From a virus (lineage: Duplodnaviria; Heunggongvirae; Uroviricota; Caudoviricetes), in the IMG/VR virus record IMGVR_UViG_2718218133_000001: 64,000 bases of DNA; one strand, 5' to 3'. Within the stretch, counting starts at the first letter, position 1. Every line of letters starts with the position of its first letter. A model generated the notes under the pieces. It was not told where the DNA came from, made no database searches, and was given only the letters and a program-made list of their open reading frames with translations. Shown here piece after piece: positions 55,942 through 64,000 of this stretch. The position numbers and the translations under genes were made by a program.

Positions 55942-56793
55942 CTATTGCGCGCTTTCGGGGTTGTCGTTTACTGGCTGCCCCTTCTTAGTTTTACGGCTGC
56001 GCGTAACTGATGCGGCTGATTTGACCTTTTTCTCTTCGCGAGTGATGGCAATTTGTTTTTTTACATTTTCAATATCTGCCAGGCGATATATTTTTGCCTG
56101 CGGCCAGCGGTCGCAGATGATCGGTTCTATAGAGTCATAAAGGCTAAATTTTGCTTTCTCGAATTCACCGTTGATGATGATTCCATCACGGAGAGTTTCA
56201 TCGCAGATAAACACACCACACAGCGGCACATGGTAACTAACTGATTTACCATCATTGTAGTTAGGGCTACTGGAAATGTAATGGACGCGCAGCATTGTTT
56301 CGCTAAAGCCGTGTACACGCATACGGAATTTTTCATCCTCCGGGTACTGCTTCATTAGCTCTTTTGTTGCTTCCAGGTTCTCTATGTATTTCGCACTGTG
56401 CTCATTGATCCCCGCGCTTTTCTGGATGCGAATGTCCTTATCAATCAGATGAATAATGCGGCCAGCGGTCATGTTGACGCTGTTCACAGCTTCTGTCTGA
56501 TAAGTTGTAACCTTACGCACACCGCGAAGGATGTTAGGCACTGGATATAAAATAGTCTTTGGGATATTGAGGTCTGGGTACTGTTCCAGTTCTCGCGCCA
56601 TTAAAGTCCATTTATCAATTTCAGCCTGAATGCTGTCCGTTTCTTTGAACGGCAGAACGACAACCGGGCGTACAGGACGACCGTCGCTGGCGGCATCAAC
56701 GTGTTGGGCGCGTGCAACAGCTTTTTTTAGAAAGAGATCCCTGAAGCTGACGAACTCCTGGTACAGTTGTTCGCCGTAGACATAATTTATCAT
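55942..56793 (-). CDS. c1: C1 repressor of lysis
   Basis: 283-aa ORF matching P1 C1 size and position. Confidence 0.85.
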   Translation of the reverse strand: MINYVYGEQLYQEFVSFRDLFLKKAVARAQHVDAASDGRPVRPVVVLPFKETDSIQAEIDKWTLMARELEQYPDLNIPKTILYPVPNILRGVRKVTTYQTEAVNSVNMTAGRIIHLIDKDIRIQKSAGINEHSAKYIENLEATKELMKQYPEDEKFRMRVHGFSETMLRVHYISSSPNYNDGKSVSYHVPLCGVFICDETLRDGIIINGEFEKAKFSLYDSIEPIICDRWPQAKIYRLADIENVKKQIAITREEKKVKSAASVTRSRKTKKGQPVNDNPESAQ

Positions 56794-56887
56794 TGATCCT
56801 CCTCCAGAATTGACATGGCCAACAACTCACAGCGGATTACACTGGGAGTTGTTGGCCACCATTATAGAAGGATCCAACGAAAATAAT

Positions 56888-56904
56888 AGATTTATTAGTG
56901 CATT
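56888..56904 (-). promoter_or_regulatory. C1 operator-like site upstream of c1 (Op99-like)
   Basis: ATTTATTAGTGCAT partial match. Confidence 0.35.
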
Positions 56905-57113
56905 TATTGTGAGTCTGGCTGGTTAGTGGCCATGAGATATTCGATTGTGTCAGTGAGATCATCCAGGTCGTCTTGGGTGATGCGGTACTCCTGATTGGAT
57001 ATCTTTGAGTAGTGTTCAGCAATGGCGCGGGCAGCGTCGGTTTCGGCAGGGTCTACAGATAAAGCGTTAGAGCAATGTCTAACGTCGTCGATGGTTGGTG
57101 GAATGAAAGCCAT
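56904..57113 (-). CDS. coi: Coi (C1 inactivator)
   Basis: 69-aa ORF upstream of c1. Confidence 0.75.
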   Translation of the reverse strand: MAFIPPTIDDVRHCSNALSVDPAETDAARAIAEHYSKISNQEYRITQDDLDDLTDTIEYLMATNQPDSQ

Positions 57114-57352
57114 AATTATGCCTCACTGTATTGACAACACAGAGCCTGAAGCTCTGACCTACTGTTTCACCCATGATCCATGCTGGGGTAATCTAACAAC
57201 ATTGCGCTGTGTGTAAGATGAGCAATGCATAGCTGTAATGCCGTTGTATAAGGTTTCCCTGTTTGCTCATTTCCTTCTGAGCCGCTCTACAACGCTGAAG
57301 ACACATTAAATAGTGAATCCAAAGTCGTATTACGAAACGGCGGCAAAACTAT

Positions 57353-57368
57353 AATTTATTAGAGCAAT
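57353..57368 (-). promoter_or_regulatory. C1 operator (AATTTATTAGAGCAAT, reverse orientation)
   Basis: consensus match. Confidence 0.5.
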
Positions 57369-57434
57369 TGTCAAACAACAATGAAAAACAATCCAGTTTT
57401 TGGCTGGTGGAGTGGGATTTTTCTCTCAAAACTT

Positions 57435-57451
57435 ATTGCTCTAATAATTCT
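57435..57451 (+). promoter_or_regulatory. C1 operator (ATTGCTCTAATAATTCT)
   Basis: consensus match. Confidence 0.5.
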
Positions 57452-57494
57452 TGATTTTTATGCGCAGCTGGACGTAAACTCCTCTTCGGACCTA

Positions 57495-57528
57495 ATAACT
57501 TCGTATAGCATACATTATACGAAGTTAT
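57495..57528 (+). other. loxP: loxP site (ATAACTTCGTATA-GCATACAT-TATACGAAGTTAT)
   Basis: exact 34-bp loxP. Confidence 0.97.
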
Positions 57529-57717
57529 CTTAAGGGTTATTGAACATGATCAATTTACCTGTAAATCCATACAGTTCAATACCTTATCAGGTCAAATAGT
57601 GATCACTTGATCATTTGATCAAGGTTGCGCTACGTAAAATCTGTGAAATGTTGGCAGTGTTAGTGCTCCAGATTTCGCGTAGCGCACTTAGCACCACCAA
57701 TCAATCAGAGGTGAAAA

Positions 57718-57939
57718 ATGGGATATTCAGCTGCTAAAGTGTCCACTCATATTGAGCTTGAGAAAAACCGTGGTTACTGGCGGGCAAAAGGGTTTGATCG
57801 TGATAGTTGTCAACTGTCATTATCGCGCGGTGAAGAGAAAATAGAACGCACGCGCGGTCGCTGGCGTTTCTATGACGAGAACCATAAACAGGTAAAGGCA
57901 GAGCCGATCCTGTACACTTTACTTAAAACCATTATCTGA
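57718..57939 (+). CDS. small basic ORF between loxP and cre
   Basis: 73-aa ORF, GAGGTG RBS, stop 8 bp before cre ATG. Confidence 0.35.
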   Translation: MGYSAAKVSTHIELEKNRGYWRAKGFDRDSCQLSLSRGEEKIERTRGRWRFYDENHKQVKAEPILYTLLKTII

Positions 57940-57946
57940 GTGTTAA

Positions 57947-58978
57947 ATGTCCAATTTACTGACCGTACACCAAAATTTGCCTGCATTACCGGTCGATGCA
58001 ACGAGTGATGAGGTTCGCAAGAACCTGATGGACATGTTCAGGGATCGCCAGGCGTTTTCTGAGCATACCTGGAAAATGCTTCTGTCCGTTTGCCGATCGT
58101 GGGCGGCATGGTGCAAGTTGAATAACCGGAAATGGTTTCCCGCAGAACCTGAAGATGTTCGCGATTATCTTCTATATCTTCAGGCGCGCGGTCTGGCAGT
58201 AAAAACTATCCAGCAACATTTGGGCCAGCTAAACATGCTTCATCGTCGGTCCGGGCTGCCACGACCAAGTGACAGTAATGCTGTTTCACTGGTCATGCGA
58301 CGGATCCGAAAAGAAAACGTTGATGCCGGTGAACGTGCAAAACAGGCACTGGCGTTCGAACGCACTGATTTCGACCAGGTTCGTTCACTCATGGAAAATA
58401 GCGATCGCTGCCAGGATATACGTAATCTGGCATTTCTGGGGATTGCTTATAACACCCTATTACGTATAGCCGAAATTGCCAGGATCAGGGTTAAAGATAT
58501 CTCACGTACTGACGGTGGGAGAATGTTAATCCATATTGGCAGAACGAAAACGCTGGTTAGCACCGCAGGTGTAGAGAAGGCACTTAGCCTGGGGGTAACT
58601 AAACTGGTCGAGCGATGGATTTCTGTCTCTGGTGTGGCTGATGATCCGAATAACTACTTGTTTTGCCGTGTCAGAAAAAATGGTGTTGCCGCGCCATCTG
58701 CCACCAGCCAGCTATCAACTCGCGCCCTGGAAGGGATTTTTGAAGCAACTCATCGATTGATTTACGGCGCTAAGGATGACTCTGGTCAGAGATACCTGGC
58801 CTGGTCTGGACACAGTGCCCGTGTCGGAGCCGCGCGAGATATGGCCCGCGCCGGAGTTTCAATACCGGAGATCATGCAAGCTGGTGGCTGGACCAACGTA
58901 AATATTGTCATGAACTATATCCGTAACCTGGATAGTGAAACGGGGGCAATGGTGCGCCTGCTGGAAGATGGCGATTAG
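57947..58978 (+). CDS. cre: Cre tyrosine recombinase
   Basis: 343-aa sequence recognised as Cre. Confidence 0.97.
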   Translation: MSNLLTVHQNLPALPVDATSDEVRKNLMDMFRDRQAFSEHTWKMLLSVCRSWAAWCKLNNRKWFPAEPEDVRDYLLYLQARGLAVKTIQQHLGQLNMLHRRSGLPRPSDSNAVSLVMRRIRKENVDAGERAKQALAFERTDFDQVRSLMENSDRCQDIRNLAFLGIAYNTLLRIAEIARIRVKDISRTDGGRMLIHIGRTKTLVSTAGVEKALSLGVTKLVERWISVSGVADDPNNYLFCRVRKNGVAAPSATSQLSTRALEGIFEATHRLIYGAKDDSGQRYLAWSGHSARVGAARDMARAGVSIPEIMQAGGWTNVNIVMNYIRNLDSETGAMVRLLEDGD

Positions 58979-58995
58979 CCGTTCATTTGCGTTTG

Positions 58996-59012
58996 ATTGC
59001 TCTAATTATTTG
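58996..59012 (+). promoter_or_regulatory. C1 operator (ATTGCTCTAATTATTTG) after cre
   Basis: consensus match. Confidence 0.5.
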
Positions 59013-59028
59013 ATATTTATGGTGACGC

Positions 59029-59340
59029 ATGCGGAAGGATTTCAAAATAGACGGAAAATATGTGGTGCTGTCTGTAAGCTCTCAAATTCAGTCACCATCT
59101 GTCATTGTCACCGTAAAGTTGAGCGATAGGATGCCTGATATCGACTCGATATCTGTTGCGTTCCCCGTTAAAAGCATGCGGAGTGCTGAACATTTTGTGA
59201 TGAATGCAACGGAGGAGGAAGCGCGGCGCGGGCTTACTAGAGTGATGGTGGAATTTGGCGAACTCCTGGGTAAGGTAAACAATGCCCTTTCAATCAGTTC
59301 AGCAAGATCCAAAGCGTTAACAGCTTCCATGATGAAATAA
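59029..59340 (+). CDS. hypothetical protein between cre and ref (cra-position)
   Basis: 103-aa ORF. Confidence 0.4.
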   Translation: MRKDFKIDGKYVVLSVSSQIQSPSVIVTVKLSDRMPDIDSISVAFPVKSMRSAEHFVMNATEEEARRGLTRVMVEFGELLGKVNNALSISSARSKALTASMMK

Positions 59341-59344
59341 AAAA

Positions 59345-59363
59345 AGCCTGGCAAGGAGCCAGG
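59345..59363. terminator. hairpin GCCTGGC..GCCAGGC preceded by A-run
   Basis: seen in sequence. Confidence 0.35.
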
Positions 59364-59471
59364 CTGCACAAAAGAGCGGTTTTGTATTCCGCATCCAATC
59401 AATCAAGAAGGAGTATAGCACACAGGTACTGAAGTGAAAAAATGTGATTCGCGATTAACAAAATATCTACC

Positions 59472-59488
59472 ATTGCTCTAATTGATTG
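59472..59488 (+). promoter_or_regulatory. C1 operator (ATTGCTCTAATTGATTG) upstream of ref
   Basis: consensus match. Confidence 0.5.
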
Positions 59489-59586
59489 CTATAATTAAGC
59501 CGCAGTTTTTGTCAACTACGAAGACGTTGCCATTACTTAACTCCTTGACATCATTGGCGGCCATTAGGCCGCCTTTTTTTTGCCAT

Positions 59587-60147
59587 ATGAAAACAATCGA
59601 ACAAAAACTTGAACAGCGCCGCGAGTGGCAGAAGGCAGCCAGAGAACGAGCGATCGCTCGGCAACGGGAAAAGTTGGCTGACCCCGCCTGGCGAGAATCG
59701 CAATATCAGAAAATGCGGGATTCTATCGACCGCCGTATCGCTAAACAGAAAGAGCGCCCACCAGCCAGCAAAACGCGGAAAAGTGCGGTAAAGATAAAAT
59801 CTCGTGGCTTGAAGGGGCGAACATCGACAGCGGAGGAACGGAGCATCGCCAATGCTCTTGGCGCTCTCCCCTGCATTGCCTGCTACATGCATGGAGTAAT
59901 ATCTGAAGAGGTATCTCTGCACCATATCTCCGGTCGTACCGCGCCGGGTTGTCACAAAAAGCAATTGCCCCTTTGTAGATGGCACCACCAGCATGCAGCA
60001 CCGGCTGAAGTAAGAGAAAAATACCCCTGGCTGGTCCCTGTTCATGCCGATGGTGTGGTTGGAGGCAAGAAAGAATTCACCTTGCTGAACAAGTCAGAGA
60101 TGGAGTTGCTGGCTGACGCCTATGAGATGGCAAACATCATGCACTAA
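59587..60147 (+). CDS. ref: Ref recombination enhancement function (HNH-type endonuclease)
   Basis: 186-aa ORF; Cys/His cluster CIACYMHG...LHHISGR...CRWHH. Confidence 0.8.
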   Translation: MKTIEQKLEQRREWQKAARERAIARQREKLADPAWRESQYQKMRDSIDRRIAKQKERPPASKTRKSAVKIKSRGLKGRTSTAEERSIANALGALPCIACYMHGVISEEVSLHHISGRTAPGCHKKQLPLCRWHHQHAAPAEVREKYPWLVPVHADGVVGGKKEFTLLNKSEMELLADAYEMANIMH

Positions 60148-60336
60148 TAAATATATTATTTTTAATCTGAAATAATTGACAACTGACAAGTGACTTCAGT
60201 CAGAATCATCACATGCCCGGTACGGATGGATCCCTTTTCAAATATTCCATGGACGGCACAGTCTGAGTACCGGGCGCTACCTTCAGTTGTATTGCTAAGC
60301 CGCCGCTGGTGGCTTTTCTTTTTTGTAGGGGGCGCT

Positions 60337-60978
60337 ATGGATAAGAAAATATGCGTTGTTTCGATGAGCGTCGGCAAACCGGCGTCAATGACTGCTGCAT
60401 GGATCAACAATGAGCTAATAATGGCTGAGCGGACCAGCTACCCTGAACGCCGCCGCGATATGGAACTCCAGCTGCTGCGCGAATTGCGAGAAAAAGAGGA
60501 AAAGGGTTTTATCGTGCTGGTGGAAGAGGAAAACAGCTTTATTACTGGTCGAGTTGGCCAGCGTGTAAGGTTGCGCGATCCCTTCATGAACGGCAGACCG
60601 GTACTGATTGAAGCAATGCAGATTTACAAGGAATTGGAACGCCAGAAAGCGATCAAGTTACCGCGCAAGGAATCCGGCAAATACATCCTTCACCAAAGCA
60701 TCTTCGATTCCGAACACGATAAAAAAGGCGATGAATTTTTCAACATCAACTGGAGCGAAATAACGACAGAACATGTTCTGACGTTACTATGTTGCTTTGC
60801 GACGGAATACAACAACGTTGCCAGCGCCGACTACATCAGGGCAATGGTTGGAGAAGTTGAGGCCCGCCAGGAACCATCGTTACTAAGCCCTCTGATTAAC
60901 ATAATTCGCGGAACCCAAACGCTGGCACAAAAACAGGTGCCTAAGGGAGTATTAACAGGAAAAGGAAATTATCTATAA
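60337..60978 (+). CDS. mat: Mat-like protein (start MDKKICV after AGGGGG RBS)
   Basis: position after ref as in P1. Confidence 0.5.
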   Translation: MDKKICVVSMSVGKPASMTAAWINNELIMAERTSYPERRRDMELQLLRELREKEEKGFIVLVEEENSFITGRVGQRVRLRDPFMNGRPVLIEAMQIYKELERQKAIKLPRKESGKYILHQSIFDSEHDKKGDEFFNINWSEITTEHVLTLLCCFATEYNNVASADYIRAMVGEVEARQEPSLLSPLINIIRGTQTLAQKQVPKGVLTGKGNYL

Positions 60979-61034
60979 ACGTCAATGCATTAGGGTATAC
61001 TTCTCCGTAGAACTATAAGTAAATGGAGTAAGTA

Positions 61035-62342
61035 ATGAGCGAATATGTTGAGTTAGCATACGCTGCCGCTACAAGCAGGCTTTGTCTATTTACCGGGACT
61101 GGCTTTTCAAAGGCAGTCTCGAACGGTGAAGCTCCAACGTGGAAGGAACTATTAAAAAAAGTTTGCAGCAAAGTTCACAATGCCAAAAAGTTGGAAGACA
61201 CGTTATTCCCTGATGATAAACCACCAGCACTGAGTCTTGAAGAAGCCGCACAAATACTATCTTTGAAGCTCAATATTGAGGGTAAGTCGATTTATGATGA
61301 AATTGTTGACATCATATCTCCAATTCAACTTGGAGAAGACATATCAAATATAAAAGATTTTTTCCAAAAAAACTCATTCCGTGTCATTACAACAAATTAT
61401 GACAAGTTGGCTGAATGCTTGGTTGGAGATGAAAGTGTGCAGTCTATCACGCCCGGCCTGCCAATTCCAAAGTATCCATCCAAGGTGAAAATATATCATG
61501 TTCATGGTTCTATTGATTCGCCAAAAAATATGATTGTCACTTCAGATGATTACTTCAGATTTATAAATTCCGATACTTATTTTTCACGAAAACTTAGTAC
61601 GATGCTGCATGAAAATACAGTTGCGATATTAGGGTATTCTTTAAGCGACACAAATCTTAAAGCAATTATAAATGACTATAAAAAATTTTCGAAAAATAAT
61701 GCCCTGTGCTCTAATATCTTTTTGATATCTCGCAACAAAGTAAGTCAAGATATGAAGGATTATTACTTCTATTGCTTTGGTATAAGGGTAATTGACAATA
61801 CAGAAATAGATTGTTTCTTTAGTCGATTAAGTTATAAGATTTCTCTCATTAAAGACATCATTGAAAGAGCGCGCGAAAATATCAGAAAAGTTGTTTCGGG
61901 GGCTTACACTTATAAAAATGAATATCTTAAATTAGAGGATTCATTTTATCAAATTATATCATCAATTATATCGGAAGGTTTAGATTGGAATGATGATAAA
62001 GTCGTTTCTCTTTTCGAAAGGATAATAGAAAAAAAGAGAAAGTTAACAAGGAATAACGGAGCGTGGGAGCAATATGAACAGTTGGCAAAATGGCTTATAT
62101 ATTTTGGAAGCATCATAGAGGTTAGCAATACTAAGTATGAAAAAACATATTTAGACGCAGTTGAATACTCGATGGGTCATATGAGTAAAGAAAGGAATTG
62201 GGGAGTTTCTTGGCATGCTTACAGAGCTTGGGAAACACGATGGCCTGCAATAATTGCCTCAAATAGATTAATGATAAAAAACCACATTGAAACATTAGGC
62301 ACCTTGAAGGACGCCAACCTTATAGTTAAGAATATAGTGTAA
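61035..62342 (+). CDS. SIR2-family (sirtuin-like NADase fold) protein with about 150-aa helical C-terminal domain; solitary AT-rich cargo gene at the res-mod position
   Basis: 435-aa ORF; motifs GTGFS (about aa 20), ITTNYD (about aa 120), YHVHGS (about aa 157) in ThsA/DSR-like order; GGAG RBS. Confidence 0.75.
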   Translation: MSEYVELAYAAATSRLCLFTGTGFSKAVSNGEAPTWKELLKKVCSKVHNAKKLEDTLFPDDKPPALSLEEAAQILSLKLNIEGKSIYDEIVDIISPIQLGEDISNIKDFFQKNSFRVITTNYDKLAECLVGDESVQSITPGLPIPKYPSKVKIYHVHGSIDSPKNMIVTSDDYFRFINSDTYFSRKLSTMLHENTVAILGYSLSDTNLKAIINDYKKFSKNNALCSNIFLISRNKVSQDMKDYYFYCFGIRVIDNTEIDCFFSRLSYKISLIKDIIERARENIRKVVSGAYTYKNEYLKLEDSFYQIISSIISEGLDWNDDKVVSLFERIIEKKRKLTRNNGAWEQYEQLAKWLIYFGSIIEVSNTKYEKTYLDAVEYSMGHMSKERNWGVSWHAYRAWETRWPAIIASNRLMIKNHIETLGTLKDANLIVKNIV

Positions 62343-62361
62343 TTGTGGTCGATAAAAATTT

Positions 62362-62385
62362 ATCGGGCAGATAAAACTGCCCGAT
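62362..62385. terminator. bidirectional hairpin ATCGGGCAG..CTGCCCGAT between SIR2 gene and lxc
   Basis: perfect 9-bp stem seen in sequence, T-rich flank on minus strand. Confidence 0.5.
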
Positions 62386-62388
62386 AAA

Positions 62389-62637
62389 TTAATCAGCATT
62401 CAGGAGCAATGCGTTATCTATGATGATCTGCTCCCATTCTTCGAATGCCCGGTCACGGACGCCCTGGGGAACGCTGTTAGTTTTGAAATCGACGACCGTA
62501 CGCCATTTCCCGTCCGGACGGTACATGCGCAGAGCTTTACTTCCCCCTTCCCTGCGCACCTCAACGTTATGCTTATCAGCAAACTCTTGTAATGCTCGTA
62601 GCGTCCCATGCTTTACTGTGTAGTATCGCTTTTTCAA
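62389..62637 (-). CDS. lxc: Lxc/Bof-like C1 co-repressor (82 aa)
   Basis: size and position match P1 lxc; sequence not independently recognised. Confidence 0.45.
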   Translation of the reverse strand: MKKRYYTVKHGTLRALQEFADKHNVEVRREGGSKALRMYRPDGKWRTVVDFKTNSVPQGVRDRAFEEWEQIIIDNALLLNAD

Positions 62638-63074
62638 GTTTTCTCTCCAGCCTGTGCTAAGGCTTCAACTTCCAAATCGTAAGACTCAAACTCATAGTCC
62701 TGGTCGTCAACCTCTTCAGGCACTGGCAGTAAATGCCAGGCTGAGTATATCTGACCATTATCAAAACGCTCCTGGCTGTAGAGCGTCGCAGCTATGAGCG
62801 TCAGCGCCGGGCGGTCATAACGGTAAATTTTGCGAACGTCACGGTCAACGAGACGACCGAAATTACCATAACCGCGCTCCAGTAATAATTTTTTAATTTC
62901 CGGCCAGTATGGACCATAGCTGCGGTACAGGCGGGGATTTTTCAGTAATCGCCCGCGTAGCCCTGACAGGAAGAAATCAACGTATTCGTCTTCTGTCTTT
63001 CCTAACAACGCTGTACGGAGTACCGCCTCAAGATATGTTTTATTCGGTTTTATTGTATCAGATAGTGTGGCCAT
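62634..63074 (-). CDS. Ulx-like protein (upstream of lxc)
   Basis: 146-aa ORF with ATGA overlap to lxc. Confidence 0.4.
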   Translation of the reverse strand: MATLSDTIKPNKTYLEAVLRTALLGKTEDEYVDFFLSGLRGRLLKNPRLYRSYGPYWPEIKKLLLERGYGNFGRLVDRDVRKIYRYDRPALTLIAATLYSQERFDNGQIYSAWHLLPVPEEVDDQDYEFESYDLEVEALAQAGEKT

Positions 63075-63107
63075 ATTATGCGACGCCCGGCGAACCGGGC
63101 GCTCCTG

Positions 63108-63881
63108 TTATGCGTATTGTTGGATGACGGCCAGAACGTCCGCCAGGTTGTGTTTTGTCTCGATAATCCACCAGTTACCCGGGAAATCGCTGTTCTTCGC
63201 CTTCGCTGGCAGCCAGCGAGCGCCGAATTTCGCCTTGATTGCGTCTTTCGCACGGAAAAGAACGCCTTTCATGCCTGAGGCTTCCTGAAGCCCAAATACC
63301 TCGCCAGCGGCGAATTTTGGTGCGTACATCATCTTCAGGTCGGCGGTGGATACGCGATAATTCAGACCAAGAGACTGAGCTATGCTGGTGGCATCACCCT
63401 GTATTGATGATAACTCTTCTTGTTTCTCGTTTCTGGCGGCAATTTCTTCCTCCGTGATGTTGCCAAGGGCCAGGTTTATCCGATCAGCGTCGGCCTGTTT
63501 CTCTTCATCGGTGCGCCCGGCAAGAACCGTGTTAATTCTCTGCAATATCTCCACATGATTCTTACGCATGCTGAGCAATTCCGGCGTAACTTCGTTAAGA
63601 TCCACCAGCCCAAGGATGGCAAGGTCGGAAAACATTGATACCAGGTTGTAGGTCATGCGATAGCTGAGTTGGCCATAGGCTGATGGCAACTGCACCGCAT
63701 CCATTTTATAGGCATCCATAAATTTAGAGCCGTCGTTTACGACATCCGCAATTGCCGGTGTGATTTTTCCTGTGGTGGCGGCCTCCCTGATTGCTGTTAC
63801 CCACGATTGAGTCAGCGCGGAAACTGCATGATTCAGATTGGCTTTGCGTTCTGCTGCAATGCGCGCGCTTGCAGCGTCCAT
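63108..63881 (-). CDS. hypothetical protein; reading frame appears open upstream to the window edge, so this may be the C-terminal part of a larger protein
   Basis: 257-aa ORF from ATG; my manual translation found no in-frame stop between 63882 and 64000. Confidence 0.4.
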   Translation of the reverse strand: MDAASARIAAERKANLNHAVSALTQSWVTAIREAATTGKITPAIADVVNDGSKFMDAYKMDAVQLPSAYGQLSYRMTYNLVSMFSDLAILGLVDLNEVTPELLSMRKNHVEILQRINTVLAGRTDEEKQADADRINLALGNITEEEIAARNEKQEELSSIQGDATSIAQSLGLNYRVSTADLKMMYAPKFAAGEVFGLQEASGMKGVLFRAKDAIKAKFGARWLPAKAKNSDFPGNWWIIETKHNLADVLAVIQQYA

Positions 63882-64000
63882 TGACTGTTTGATCTCGTCT
63901 TTATTGCTGTAAATGCCAATGGTGCCAAACTGTGCTGTGGTGATCTCATAATCTGACGCCCGGAACTCATTGGTACCGAAAATGGCATTGGTGACTTCAA

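Noticed and set aside
60979-62388. Type III restriction-modification genes (res, mod) or an IS element expected here from P1
   Set aside because: Not present: the interval holds only the SIR2-domain ORF; no MTase/helicase motifs and no IS-like terminal inverted repeats were seen.
62389-62637. Lxc-like 82-aa protein as a HicA-type toxin (GGSK region resembles HicA GSH motif)
   Set aside because: The catalytic His is absent and there is no HicB-like partner; position and size fit P1 Lxc/Bof better.

Overview
This window is a large part of a P1-like (Punavirus-type) temperate phage-plasmid. Calls rest on reading the ORF translations and DNA motifs and on recalled P1 literature; no database search was run. 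Recognisable P1 backbone, left to right: a minus-strand virion block; the immI region (c4-like RNA, icd, ant); kilA and repL; sheath and major capsid genes; the plasmid maintenance unit (parS, parB, parA, incA iterons, repA, oriR with five GATC sites and a DnaA box); mlp, ppfA, a PAAR protein, uhr, hrdC and the fused Dcm/Dam methyltransferase dmt; three tRNAs (Asn, Thr, Ile/Met-CAU) with the SPFH lipoprotein plp; the ban helicase; a baseplate block; a pmg-like cluster of enzyme genes; hot, a LexA box, humD, phd-doc; lpa, pacA with the hexamer pac site, pacB; c1 and coi; loxP, cre, ref, mat; then lxc and ulx. About 15 C1-operator-like sites are scattered through it. Three loci look like cargo relative to P1 as I recall it: (1) an AT-rich solitary SIR2-domain gene where P1 carries res-mod (the strongest candidate for a new defence function); (2) an AT-rich three-gene membrane/periplasmic island at the sim position next to immI; (3) a T5orf172-like gene between incA and parA. 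A repeated hairpin/tRNA-like module array surrounds the tRNA genes. No CRISPR, IS element or rRNA was seen.
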